In this document: piece after piece, positions 31,736 through 41,102 of the stretch | How positions within the stretch are numbered: the first letter of the stretch is position 1 | How the letters are laid out: each line of letters opens with the position of its first letter | NCBI GenBank assembly: GCA_009784945.1 | Contig: WQXH01000001.1 | Location: 23,257-87,256 of the forward strand | Source: Coriobacteriia bacterium | Lineage (GTDB): Bacteria > Actinomycetota > Coriobacteriia > Coriobacteriales > UBA8131 | Direction of reading: 5' to 3' | Length of the DNA: 64,000 nucleotides | Made by a program: the position numbers and the translations under genes | Notes under the pieces: generated by a model | The model's input: only the letters and a program-made list of their open reading frames with translations | Told to the model about the DNA's origin: nothing | Databases searched by the model: none

Positions 31736-32542
31736 TCATAGCAGAGCCTCGTTGAGCTCCAGCCCCACGGGACAGTGATCTGACCCTAGAGCCTCGGGAT
31801 ATATTGAGGCAGAGACAATGGCATCCTTCAAGCGGTCTGACACCAAAAAATAATCGATGCGCCAACCAGTGTTATTTGCTCGCGCGTTGCCTCTAAAGCT
31901 CCACCACGAATAAGCGCCACTCAGGTCTGGATTGAGGTAGCGAAAGCTGTCGATAAAGCCTGCTTCAAGGAGCTGATTAAAGTCTAAACGTTCTTCATCA
32001 GAAAAGCCTGCGTTGCCGCGATTTGACTTATAGTTCTTCAAGTCTATTTCGTTATGCGCAACGTTGAGGTCACCACAAATCACCACGGGCTTGTGTTTGT
32101 CCAAATCAGATACAAAGCGAGTAAAGGCAGCGCCCCAGGTCAAACGTAAGTCTATGCGTGCCAAGCCATCCTGCGCATTGGGGGTATAGCAGTTAACAAA
32201 ATAAAACTTGTCAAATTCCAATGCGCACATACGCCCCTCATGGTCAAGCTCAGGCACTCCCTGGAGCCCTTTGACCACCGCATCAGAGGGCTCAAGTCCC
32301 AGGTGGTGTTGGACACTCAGTGGCATGACCTTGGTAAAGACGGCAGTACCAGAGTAGCCCTTCTTGACGGCATCACTCCAGTAATCATAATACGTGCCAG
32401 CAAGCTCAAGCTCTATTTGACCAGTCTGGAGCTTGGTTTCTTGAATCGCAAAGATGTCGGCATCAAAGCTATCAAAGATCTCGTAGAAGCCTTTTTTAAC
32501 ATTGGCTCTCAGGCCATTTACATTCCAAGAAATCAACTTCAT
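31736..32542 (-). CDS. xth: Exodeoxyribonuclease III
   Basis: MKLISWNVNGLRA at the internal ATG (32542), then ...IQETK... and SDHCPV at the C-terminus. The upstream 23 codons of the listed ORF are probably not translated. Confidence 0.9.
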   Translation of the reverse strand: MKLISWNVNGLRANVKKGFYEIFDSFDADIFAIQETKLQTGQIELELAGTYYDYWSDAVKKGYSGTAVFTKVMPLSVQHHLGLEPSDAVVKGLQGVPELDHEGRMCALEFDKFYFVNCYTPNAQDGLARIDLRLTWGAAFTRFVSDLDKHKPVVICGDLNVAHNEIDLKNYKSNRGNAGFSDEERLDFNQLLEAGFIDSFRYLNPDLSGAYSWWSFRGNARANNTGWRIDYFLVSDRLKDAIVSASIYPEALGSDHCPVGLELNEALL

Positions 32543-32638
32543 GGCAAACTCTCCTCTGTACACTCTAAAACCCACTAAGCTATTGATAGAATTATCCATC
32601 ATTGGGCACATTAGTCAAAAGGTGGTGTTATAAAACAT

Positions 32639-33331
32639 ATGTCAACGGCACATTTATTGTACGAGTCATACGAGCTTATGGTGATTTTGGGTCACTACGG
32701 CAGTGGTAAAACAAATCTTTCTCTCAATCTTGCTAAAAAGCTCAAGAAGCTCGGGCGAGAGCCTTTGATCATTGATCTTGACATCGTCAACCCCTACTTT
32801 AGAAGCACTGACTACTTGGAGCTTACCAGAGAAGAGGGCATTGAGGTTCTCGGTCCGGTGTTTGGGAGCTCAAGCATTGAAGCACCTTCTTTGAGTCCTG
32901 GTATAGACACCATGATCAAAAACGCCACAGAACAAAAGCCTGTGATACTTGATGTGGGAGGAGACCCCGACGGTGCCCGCGCGCTTGTACGCTACACCCC
33001 TGCCATTGAGCAAGTGAAGAGCAAACTGATAGCACTGGTGGTTAATACACGCAGGCCAGAAACACAATGCCTTGAAGGTAATCTAGCGATGATAGATGAG
33101 CTAGTCAGCACAGCAACACTTGCAATTGATGCTCTTGTAGGTAACACCCACCTCGCAGAATTAACCACAGATGAAATCATTCAGCAGTCATTACCGTTGT
33201 TGAACGAGCTATCAGAAGTAAGCAAGATCCCCTTAGTGTGTGTAACTGTACCCCAAGGTAGCAGTTTACAAGACTCGCTCAATGCCTTTGCATTGCCCAT
33301 AGAGCGACTCGTCAAAACCAGTTGGCAGTAA
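32639..33331 (+). CDS. P-loop NTPase of unknown function (MinD/CooC-like architecture, deviant Walker A GHYGSGKT)
   Basis: VILGHYGSGKTNLSLNLA, followed by IIDLDIVNPYF and VILDVGGD (Walker B-like). I do not recognise a specific family. Confidence 0.6.
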   Translation: MSTAHLLYESYELMVILGHYGSGKTNLSLNLAKKLKKLGREPLIIDLDIVNPYFRSTDYLELTREEGIEVLGPVFGSSSIEAPSLSPGIDTMIKNATEQKPVILDVGGDPDGARALVRYTPAIEQVKSKLIALVVNTRRPETQCLEGNLAMIDELVSTATLAIDALVGNTHLAELTTDEIIQQSLPLLNELSEVSKIPLVCVTVPQGSSLQDSLNAFALPIERLVKTSWQ

Positions 33332-33415
33332 ATAATTTTTACCGCTTGCACAAATCTTGTGTAGTTAGCATAGAAGTTGTGAGAGAATGTTCGGATATTC
33401 TTTTACGGAGGAAAA

Positions 33416-33622
33416 ATGGCAAAAGTAACAGTAAGTATTGAATATTGCAAAGGCTGTGGGCTCTGCGTTCAGTTTTGTGACCAGGAGATTATGCAGCTTA
33501 ATACCGAGGTCATTACGCAAAAGGGCTACCACCCAGCGCACTGTGTAGATCAAGAGAGCTGCAACGCCTGCTTGAACTGCGCAATGATGTGTCCCGATGT
33601 GGCCATCACGATTGAGAGGTAG
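33416..33622 (+). CDS. 2-oxoacid:ferredoxin oxidoreductase delta subunit (2x[4Fe-4S] ferredoxin)
   Basis: CKGCGLCVQFC and CNACLNCAMMCP motifs. 68 aa, immediately upstream of the alpha subunit. Confidence 0.85.
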   Translation: MAKVTVSIEYCKGCGLCVQFCDQEIMQLNTEVITQKGYHPAHCVDQESCNACLNCAMMCPDVAITIER

Positions 33623-33624
33623 TT

Positions 33625-34734
33625 ATGGGCGAGAAAATCTTAATGAAGGGTAACGAAGCCTTGGCGGAGGCTGCTATACGCGCTGGCTGTCGCCACTTCT
33701 TTGGTTATCCAATCACGCCGCAAAGTGAGCTTGCCGCCTATATGGCCAAGTATCTGCCTAAGGCTGGCGGAGTGTATTTACAGGCCGAAAGCGAAGTAGC
33801 CGCCATCAACATGGTGTACGGTGCCTCGGCTGCTGGCGTTCGTGTTATGACCTCATCGTCTTCGCCAGGCATAAGCCTTAAGGGCGAGGGCATTTCGTAC
33901 ATGATTGGTGCAGACCTTCCAGGGCTCATCGTCAATATAAACCGCGGCGGCCCTGGACTTGGAAGTATTCAACCCTCTCAAGCTGATTACTGGATGGCCA
34001 CCCGCGCAACGGGTCATGGAGACGGACAAATCATTGTCTTGGCGCCATCGACGGTTCAAGAAATGGCAGACTACGCACGTTTGGCATTTGAACTGGGAGA
34101 CCGCTACCGCATGCCAGCTATGATCTTGGCTGATGGCTTGTTGGGTCAGATGATGGAGCCAGTCGAATTACCTGAGCCCATCGATCCTAAAAGCCTTCCT
34201 GCCAAGGATTGGGCGGTCACGGGAACTCAAGGCAAGCGCAAGAACAACAAGGTTAATTCTCTCAGGTTGGCTGCTCAAGATCTTGAAGATGCGGTTCTCG
34301 AGCGCTATGCGCGTTATCAAACTATTAAGGAAACCGAGCAGCTTGCTCAACTCGAGCTGGTTGACGATGCTGAGGTGGTGGTAGTTGCCTACGGTGCGGC
34401 TTCGCGAATTGTCAGGAGTGCCATCATGCTGGCACGCGAGGAGGGTATCAAGGTGGGCATGATTCGCCCCATCACCTTATGGCCCTTCCCGACGCAGGCT
34501 ATACAGGCAGCGTGTAAGACGGCCAAGGCATTTTTGACTGTAGAGCTAAATACGGGTCAGATGGTCGACGACGTGCGCCTGGCGGTAACTCAAGGGCTAC
34601 CGGTGAGCTTCTTTGGTCACAGCGGAGGCGTGGTGCCCACCCCAACAGAAGTGCTCGTTGCAATAAAGAAGGCTCTCGCAGGGGAGTTGTTCCACATCCT
34701 GCCCTTCCGCAGCAAGCTGGAAGCAGGTGATTAA
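33625..34734 (+). CDS. 2-oxoacid:ferredoxin oxidoreductase alpha subunit
   Basis: MKGNEALAEAAIRAGCRHFFGYPITPQSE is typical of the KorA/OorA/VorA N-terminus. The delta-alpha-beta-gamma gene order matches OorDABC/KorDABC. Confidence 0.9.
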   Translation: MGEKILMKGNEALAEAAIRAGCRHFFGYPITPQSELAAYMAKYLPKAGGVYLQAESEVAAINMVYGASAAGVRVMTSSSSPGISLKGEGISYMIGADLPGLIVNINRGGPGLGSIQPSQADYWMATRATGHGDGQIIVLAPSTVQEMADYARLAFELGDRYRMPAMILADGLLGQMMEPVELPEPIDPKSLPAKDWAVTGTQGKRKNNKVNSLRLAAQDLEDAVLERYARYQTIKETEQLAQLELVDDAEVVVVAYGAASRIVRSAIMLAREEGIKVGMIRPITLWPFPTQAIQAACKTAKAFLTVELNTGQMVDDVRLAVTQGLPVSFFGHSGGVVPTPTEVLVAIKKALAGELFHILPFRSKLEAGD

Positions 34735-35497
34735 CATGACTGCAGAAAAAAACCCGATCTTGTTTGGACGAACTGCAGGACTTTCGGAAAAGGTTAACAA
34801 TTTTTGCCCTGGCTGCCTGCATGGCATAGCACAGCGTTTAGTTGCAGAAAGCATCGACAGGCTCGGTCTTATTGGACAAACCGTGGGCATCACCCCAGTA
34901 GGTTGTGCGGTCATCGCCTATGAATTCTACTCCTGTGACATGGTGCAGGCTGCTCATGGACGTGCCCCCGCTGTAGCCACTGGGCTCAAGCGCGCCAGAC
35001 CTGAAAACACCATTTTTACCTATCAAGGCGATGGAGATCTTGCTTCCATCGGCATGGCTGAAACTATCCATGCTGCCACCAGGGGCGAAAATATCACCGT
35101 AATATTCATCAATAACGCCATTTATGGCATGACCGGCGGACAGCTGGCTCCAACGTCCTTGCCGGGTCAAATTACTCAGACTTCGCCCTATGGACGCGAT
35201 GTTAAAGTTGCTGGCAACCCAATTCGCGTGTGCGAGTTACTTTCCAGCTTGGACGGCGTTGCTTTAGCTCAGCGCGTAACCGTTAATTCGCCCTCTAATG
35301 TACGCAAAGCCGGCAAGGCAATTCGCAAGGCCTTTGAGTACCAAAATGAAGGCCTTGGCTTTACCATCGTTGAGATCTTAACGACTTGTCCCACCAACTG
35401 GGGTCTTGCGCCCAATAAAGCTTTGGGATGGCTCGAGGACAACCTGATTCCGTACTATCCGCTGGGTGTGTACAAAGATATCAAGGCGGGAGAGTAG
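34727..35497 (+). CDS. 2-oxoacid:ferredoxin oxidoreductase beta subunit (TPP-binding)
   Basis: FCPGCLHG and the TPP motif GDGDLASIG...NN.IYGMTGGQ. Confidence 0.9.
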   Translation: MINMTAEKNPILFGRTAGLSEKVNNFCPGCLHGIAQRLVAESIDRLGLIGQTVGITPVGCAVIAYEFYSCDMVQAAHGRAPAVATGLKRARPENTIFTYQGDGDLASIGMAETIHAATRGENITVIFINNAIYGMTGGQLAPTSLPGQITQTSPYGRDVKVAGNPIRVCELLSSLDGVALAQRVTVNSPSNVRKAGKAIRKAFEYQNEGLGFTIVEILTTCPTNWGLAPNKALGWLEDNLIPYYPLGVYKDIKAGE

Positions 35498-35498
35498 G

Positions 35499-36092
35499 AT
35501 GACAGAGCAATTAACACAAGCTTCACAAGCTCAAAATCTTCATGTATTATTGGCTGGCTTTGGCGGTCAGGGAATCTTATTTGCCGGCAAGCTCGTTGCT
35601 TATGCGGGTCTCTTGGACGGAAGACAGGTTTCTTGGATGCCCAGCTACGGACCCGAAATGCGTGGCGGAACAGCCAACTGCTCGGTCTGTCTTTCCAGTG
35701 ATCTTATTGGCTCTCCAATAGTAACCGAGCCTGATGTATTAGTAGCTCTCAATAAACCTTCCTATGACAACTTTGTGGGCAAGGTCAAGCCAGGCGGACT
35801 GGTCTTGGTTGATAAAACCATGATAGATGCTTGCACTCTCAGAAACGACATTCGCTTTGAAAGCATTGAGGCCACCCGTCTTGCTGAAGAAAATGAATTG
35901 CAGGGTCTGGCTAATGTGGTAATAGTAGGAAAGCTCCTGCAGGCCACGGGCTTTAGCACCATACCGCAGCTGGAGATTGCCATAGAAAAGAGCGTGAGCG
36001 AAAAGCAGCTATGGCTGGTTGATCATAATAAAAGAGCTCTTGCCCTTGGCTTTGAGCATGTTTCTGGAGACGACTGCAAACAAGAGAGCTAA
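35499..36092 (+). CDS. 2-oxoacid:ferredoxin oxidoreductase gamma subunit
   Basis: LAGFGGQGILFAGK...YGPEMRGG. ATG 35499 directly follows the beta-subunit stop. Confidence 0.85.
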   Translation: MTEQLTQASQAQNLHVLLAGFGGQGILFAGKLVAYAGLLDGRQVSWMPSYGPEMRGGTANCSVCLSSDLIGSPIVTEPDVLVALNKPSYDNFVGKVKPGGLVLVDKTMIDACTLRNDIRFESIEATRLAEENELQGLANVVIVGKLLQATGFSTIPQLEIAIEKSVSEKQLWLVDHNKRALALGFEHVSGDDCKQES

Positions 36093-36112
36093 GAAGTAAT
36101 TTGAGGCGCACT

Positions 36113-36694
36113 ATGACAGAAAACACAGAACAGCAGCACAAAATACAAACTGAGCTTAAGGATCTTGGCTGCCGCTTGGCGGGACTTCGCGATGCCTGCG
36201 GCTTTGAAAAAGAAGAGTTTGCCGAGCGACTGGGCATTGGCGTACAAACGCTCTCAGCCTACGAAGAGACCGGCTTTGACATCCCCATAAGCATACTCAT
36301 GCAAGCTGCACGTCTTTGCGAGGTGGATATGGCTGTGCTGCTCACAGGCTCAAGCACCCACCTCAATACCTATCAAGTGGTACGCGCGGGTAAGGGTAGG
36401 GTAGTTGACCGTTTTCCTGGCTACCACTTTGAGGATCTTGCCTATAACTATGGCGGCAAGGTCATGCAACCTTTGTTGGTGACCCTTGAGACAAGCGATG
36501 AGCCTGCCGAGCTGGTTACCCACGGTGGCCAGGAATTTAACTATGTCGTTGCCGGTAAGGTCATACTGGTGTTTGAGAACAAGGAGATCGAACTGGATGC
36601 GGGAGACAGTGTTTACTTTAATCCGCAAATACCGCACGGACAACGCTGCGGATCCAGTCAAAGAGCGGTATTTGTCACCATAATCACCGACTAA
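36113..36694 (+). CDS. XRE-family HTH transcriptional regulator with C-terminal cupin domain
   Basis: HTH segment LRDACGFEKEEFAERLGIGVQTLSAYEETG. C-terminal cupin strands (GGQEFNYVVAGKVILVFENKEIELDAGDSVYFNPQIPH). Confidence 0.8.
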   Translation: MTENTEQQHKIQTELKDLGCRLAGLRDACGFEKEEFAERLGIGVQTLSAYEETGFDIPISILMQAARLCEVDMAVLLTGSSTHLNTYQVVRAGKGRVVDRFPGYHFEDLAYNYGGKVMQPLLVTLETSDEPAELVTHGGQEFNYVVAGKVILVFENKEIELDAGDSVYFNPQIPHGQRCGSSQRAVFVTIITD

Positions 36695-36734
36695 CTCTCC
36701 CTTTACGCCAAACAATTAACCTGAGGACTACATC

Positions 36735-38447
36735 ATGAATCATCTTCTAAAGAAATATTGCCCCCGTATTGATTTTGACTCCTACGAGGACTTCTATGAA
36801 AACTTCCAGATACATGTACCAAGTGACTTTAACTTTGCCTATGATGTCGTAGATGAATGGGCGCGTGTCGAGCCCAAGAAGATAGCCCTGATATGGTGCG
36901 ATGACAAAGGTAACGAAAAGACGCTCACCTTCTTAGAGATTTCTGAGCTCTCTAAACGATTTGCGAATGTCCTTTGTGCACAGGGAATAGAAAAAGGCGA
37001 CATCGTGCTTATGATGCTACGTCAACGCTGGGAATATTGGGTAAGTGCAGTAGCGCTGCATCGCATGGGTGCTATACTAATTCCGGCGGTGTCGCAGCTT
37101 ACTTCAAAAGACATTATATATCGTGTCAACAGCGCCGATATCAAAGCGCTTATCGCATTAGATGACGAGTACGTCATGGCTCAGATAGAAGCAGCCTTGC
37201 CTGAATGCCCTACGCTCAAGACACTTATCAGTGTTGACTCCAAGGAGATCAAACGCTCTGTAAGCACAGATGATGAACTCAGCTGGCTTTCTTGGACTGC
37301 CCTGGTTGAGCAGGCAAGCAGTGAGTGGCAACGGCCTTTAGCGCCCGAGGCCACCACCAGCCAAGACCTCATGCTTATTTACTTTACCAGCGGCACTACG
37401 GGTTTTGCCAAGATGTGCTGTCATAACTTTGCCCATCCGCTTGGGCATATTCTTACAGCCAAGTATTGGCAGCAAGTGCAGGAAAACAAGCTGCACTGCT
37501 CGGTTACTGACACCGGATGGGCCAAGTTTGGCTGGGGAAAAATCTATGGACAATGGATTGCCGGAGCTGTGGTCTTTGCCTATGACACGGTAAAATTTGA
37601 CCCCAGAAAGCTCTTGGAGTGCATACAAAAATATAGCGTAAGCACGTTTTGCGTGCCCCCCACCATGTATCGATTCATGCTTCAAGAAGACGTAAGCTCC
37701 TTTGACCTTTCTTCGGTTGATACTTTTGCCACAGCAGGCGAGCCACTCAATGCAGAGGTGACCCTCCAGTGGGAAAAAGCAACCGGCAAGCGTATACGCG
37801 AAGGCTTTGGGCAGAGCGAAGGACCCGTATTGCTGGCGACCTTCCCTTGGTTAGAGCCACGGCCTGGGTCAATGGGAAAGCCCTCACCGCTCATGAATAT
37901 CAAGCTTTTGGATAGCGAGGGTCGCGAAGCCTCAGATGGTGATGAGGGTAACATCTGTGTAACTGGGCTTAAGGAAAACTATCCGCCGGGTCTTTTTGTT
38001 GGTTACTATAAAGATGAGACACGTTCCAAAGAATCAGTTGGTGGTGCATATTACAACCTTAATGATGTTGCTTGGCGCGATAACGATGGTTACTTTACCT
38101 TTGTGGGCCGCAGCGACGATGTCATCAAGTGCAGCGGTTATCGGATCAGCCCCTTTGAGGTCGAAAGCGTACTGCTTGAGCATCCTGCGGTCATTGAGTC
38201 AGCGGTTACTGCCTTTCCAGACGAAGAGCGAGGGTTTGTGGTCAAGGCAACCGTGGTCATCACTCAACAATATGAAGCTTCTCCCGGGTTGGTAAAGGAG
38301 CTGCAAACCTATGTTAAGCAACAAACGGCACCTTATAAGTACCCGCGCATTATTGAATTTGTTGATGAACTCCCTAAGACCATTGGGGGCAAAATCAAGC
38401 GAGCCCAAATTGCTGCAAAGGACGCTGGGCGCAGCTGGCACGAATGA
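36735..38447 (+). CDS. AMP-forming acyl-CoA synthetase (ANL superfamily), substrate unknown
   Basis: YFTSGTTGFAKM (A3 core motif), GEPLN, GYYKD..., the GR.DDVIKCSGYRISPFEVE hinge and C-terminal GKIKR. Confidence 0.85.
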   Translation: MNHLLKKYCPRIDFDSYEDFYENFQIHVPSDFNFAYDVVDEWARVEPKKIALIWCDDKGNEKTLTFLEISELSKRFANVLCAQGIEKGDIVLMMLRQRWEYWVSAVALHRMGAILIPAVSQLTSKDIIYRVNSADIKALIALDDEYVMAQIEAALPECPTLKTLISVDSKEIKRSVSTDDELSWLSWTALVEQASSEWQRPLAPEATTSQDLMLIYFTSGTTGFAKMCCHNFAHPLGHILTAKYWQQVQENKLHCSVTDTGWAKFGWGKIYGQWIAGAVVFAYDTVKFDPRKLLECIQKYSVSTFCVPPTMYRFMLQEDVSSFDLSSVDTFATAGEPLNAEVTLQWEKATGKRIREGFGQSEGPVLLATFPWLEPRPGSMGKPSPLMNIKLLDSEGREASDGDEGNICVTGLKENYPPGLFVGYYKDETRSKESVGGAYYNLNDVAWRDNDGYFTFVGRSDDVIKCSGYRISPFEVESVLLEHPAVIESAVTAFPDEERGFVVKATVVITQQYEASPGLVKELQTYVKQQTAPYKYPRIIEFVDELPKTIGGKIKRAQIAAKDAGRSWHE

Positions 38448-38482
38448 GCTAGTATTGAACTCAGAGCGATAGGAGAGGTTTG

Positions 38483-39994
38483 ATGGCCCGATATTACGAA
38501 GAAGTTGCACACACCTTTAATGAGTATCTCTTGGTACCAGGATATTCATCATCAGAGTGCCTGCCGGATAAGGTATGCCTCAAAACACCGCTCGTACGCT
38601 ATAAATGTGGAGAGGAGCCTCAACTCACGCTTAATATACCGCTTACCTCCGCCATAATGCAAAGCGTAAGTGACGACACCATGGCTATCTCTCTCGCCCG
38701 CGAGGGAGGCATGTCCTTTATATACAGCTCGCAGACGGTGGAATCCGAGGCCGAGATGATTGCTCGTGTCAAGGATTACAAAGCTGGTTTTGTGGTAAGC
38801 GACTCCAACCTCAGCCCAGATATGACTTTGGAAGATGTCATGAAGCTTAAGGAGGCGAGCGGACATTCCACCATGCCGGTTACCATTGATGGCACTCAGC
38901 ATGGCAAAGTAGTGGGCATTGTTACCAGCAGGGATTATCGTCCCAGCCGTACACCTCTTGATGCCAAAGTAGCAGACTTCATGACCCCACGAAAGAAACT
39001 CATCGTTGCGCCTGCAGAAACAACTCTTAAGGAGGCCAACGACATCATTTGGGATCATAAGCTCAACGCACTTCCTGTTCTTGATAATAATGACTGTCTT
39101 CTTTACATGGTGTTTCGCAAAGACTATGCCTCTCACAAGCAAAACCCCTTGGAAAACCTCGATGAGCATAAACGCTACATAGTAGGCGCTGGCATCAATA
39201 CTCATGACTACACCGAGCGTATTCCCGCCTTAATCGAGGCCGGAGCCGATGTGCTTTGCATTGATTCCTCAGAGGGCTTTACCGAGTGGCAGCAACGCAC
39301 GCTCACGTGGGTGCGCAGTCAATATGGTCAAGATGTTAAGATTGGTGCCGGCAATATTGTTGACAGAGAGGGTTTTCGCTTCTTGGCTGAGGCGGGCGCT
39401 GACTTTGTCAAAGTAGGTATAGGCGGCGGCTCTATCTGCATTACCAGGGAGCAAAAGGGTATAGGACGCGGACAGGCTACCAGTGTCATAGAAGTTGCCA
39501 GGGCGCGCAATGAGTACTTCGAGGAAACCGGCATCTACATACCCATATGCTCTGATGGCGGCATCGTCTACGATCATCATATGACCCTGGCCTTGGCTAT
39601 GGGCGCAGATTTTATGATGCTCGGACGCTACTTTGCCCGCTTTGACGAGAGTCCTACCAACAAAGTTACCATTAACGGCAACTACATGAAGGAATACTGG
39701 GGAGAAGGTAGCGCACGTGCGCTCAATTGGGCACGCTACGCCCAAGGAGGCGCCAAGAAACTAAGCTTTGAAGAGGGTGTTGATTCGTATGTTCCCTATG
39801 CTGGCGCCCTTAAAGATAATGTGGGTGTAACTCTTGCCAAAATGCGTTCGACTATGTGCAACTGCGGCTCACTGAGTATTTCAACATTCCAAGAAAAGGC
39901 CAAACTGACTTTGATTTCTTCCACCTCCATTATTGAAGGTGGTGCGCATGATGTCATGCTCAAGGATCAGGTCAACATGTTGCCGCCACGCTAG
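38483..39994 (+). CDS. guaB: IMP dehydrogenase (long, CBS-containing form)
   Basis: [19 protein letters not shown], a CBS pair, the catalytic loop [22 protein letters not shown], and [21 protein letters not shown] precedes ATG 38483. Confidence 0.9.
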   Translation: MARYYEEVAHTFNEYLLVPGYSSSECLPDKVCLKTPLVRYKCGEEPQLTLNIPLTSAIMQSVSDDTMAISLAREGGMSFIYSSQTVESEAEMIARVKDYKAGFVVSDSNLSPDMTLEDVMKLKEASGHSTMPVTIDGTQHGKVVGIVTSRDYRPSRTPLDAKVADFMTPRKKLIVAPAETTLKEANDIIWDHKLNALPVLDNNDCLLYMVFRKDYASHKQNPLENLDEHKRYIVGAGINTHDYTERIPALIEAGADVLCIDSSEGFTEWQQRTLTWVRSQYGQDVKIGAGNIVDREGFRFLAEAGADFVKVGIGGGSICITREQKGIGRGQATSVIEVARARNEYFEETGIYIPICSDGGIVYDHHMTLALAMGADFMMLGRYFARFDESPTNKVTINGNYMKEYWGEGSARALNWARYAQGGAKKLSFEEGVDSYVPYAGALKDNVGVTLAKMRSTMCNCGSLSISTFQEKAKLTLISSTSIIEGGAHDVMLKDQVNMLPPR

Positions 39995-40005
39995 AAAGTA
40001 GTTTG

Positions 40006-41082
40006 ATGACTGCTGCAAGAACAAGAACAAACAGGCTGATGGTGAAGGAAGTCCCCCTAGGGGCAGGCTCACCGCTTCCACTGCAGTCCATGCTGACCAC
40101 TTCTACTCAGGACGTTTGTGCCTGCCTCGAACAGGTACACCGCTTGCAGGAAGTAGGGTGCCACATAGTGCGCTTGGCGATAGAAAGCTCAAAGGATTTA
40201 GACGGATTCGAGGCTGTGTGCAAAGAAAGTCCTCTGCCCGTAGTAGCAGATATTCATTTTAATCATACACTGGCAATTGAGGCAGCAAAACGAGGAGCAG
40301 CAAAGCTGCGTATAAACCCAGGAAACATCGGCGATGCCCAGCGAGTCAACGCCGTTATTGAAGCAGCAAACAAGGCCGACATCCCCATTAGGATAGGTGT
40401 CAATGCGGGTTCTTTGGAAGAAGATCTCAAAAAGGCACATAATCTCACACTGGCTGAGAAGATGGTTAAGTCTGCCGAGCGTTCGGTTGAGCACTTTGAG
40501 GAGCGCGGTTTTTTTAGCATTGTGCTTTCTGCTAAGGCTTCTGACGTGCCCACCACCATAGAGGTCTACCAACGCCTATCAATGAGCCTTCCTCATATAC
40601 CACTTCACCTGGGGGTGACTGAGGCAGGAACTGCCTGGGAGGGGAGCATACGCTCTGCTGTAGGCATTGGCACCCTGCTGGCTGTTGGCATAGGCGACAC
40701 TCTTCGCGTCTCACTCACAGCTGACCCCATCGAAGAAATTCGCGTAGCTCGCGCCTTGCTCGCGGCACTGGATCTGGGTGCAGACGACCGTGCTACCCTC
40801 ATCAGTTGCCCCTCCTGCTCGCGCTGCAAAGTAGACCTGTTTAGCATTGCCAACACTGTTGAACAACGTCTTGCCGCCATAAAGAAGCCACTCAAGGTTG
40901 CCGTCATGGGCTGTGTGGTAAATGGGCCAGGGGAGGCCGCTGGTGCTGACATAGGCGTAGCCTGCGGCAAAGGAACTGGTGTAATCTTTTCTAAAGGCAA
41001 GGTGCTCTATACTGTAGAGGAAGCACAAATAATTGACGCGCTCCTGAAAGAACTTGAAATCGAGGAAACTACATGCCACTGA
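40006..41082 (+). CDS. ispG: 4-hydroxy-3-methylbut-2-en-1-yl diphosphate synthase
   Basis: VADIHFNH, RINPGNIG, and the C-terminal Fe-S cysteines (CPSCSRC ... GCVVNGPGE). Confidence 0.9.
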   Translation: MTAARTRTNRLMVKEVPLGAGSPLPLQSMLTTSTQDVCACLEQVHRLQEVGCHIVRLAIESSKDLDGFEAVCKESPLPVVADIHFNHTLAIEAAKRGAAKLRINPGNIGDAQRVNAVIEAANKADIPIRIGVNAGSLEEDLKKAHNLTLAEKMVKSAERSVEHFEERGFFSIVLSAKASDVPTTIEVYQRLSMSLPHIPLHLGVTEAGTAWEGSIRSAVGIGTLLAVGIGDTLRVSLTADPIEEIRVARALLAALDLGADDRATLISCPSCSRCKVDLFSIANTVEQRLAAIKKPLKVAVMGCVVNGPGEAAGADIGVACGKGTGVIFSKGKVLYTVEEAQIIDALLKELEIEETTCH

Positions 41083-41102
41083 TTGATGCAAGGCTCTTAC
41101 GT

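Noticed and set aside
38552-39205. 217-aa ORF antisense to guaB. The same applies to 44185..44817 (antisense to M42), 30082..30687 (antisense to thrS), 46821..47384 (antisense to ribD), 4932..5423 (antisense to rseP) and 53157..53678 (antisense to elp3).
   Set aside because: All lie opposite confidently identified genes and have no motifs or plausible translation signals. They are treated as spurious shadow ORFs.
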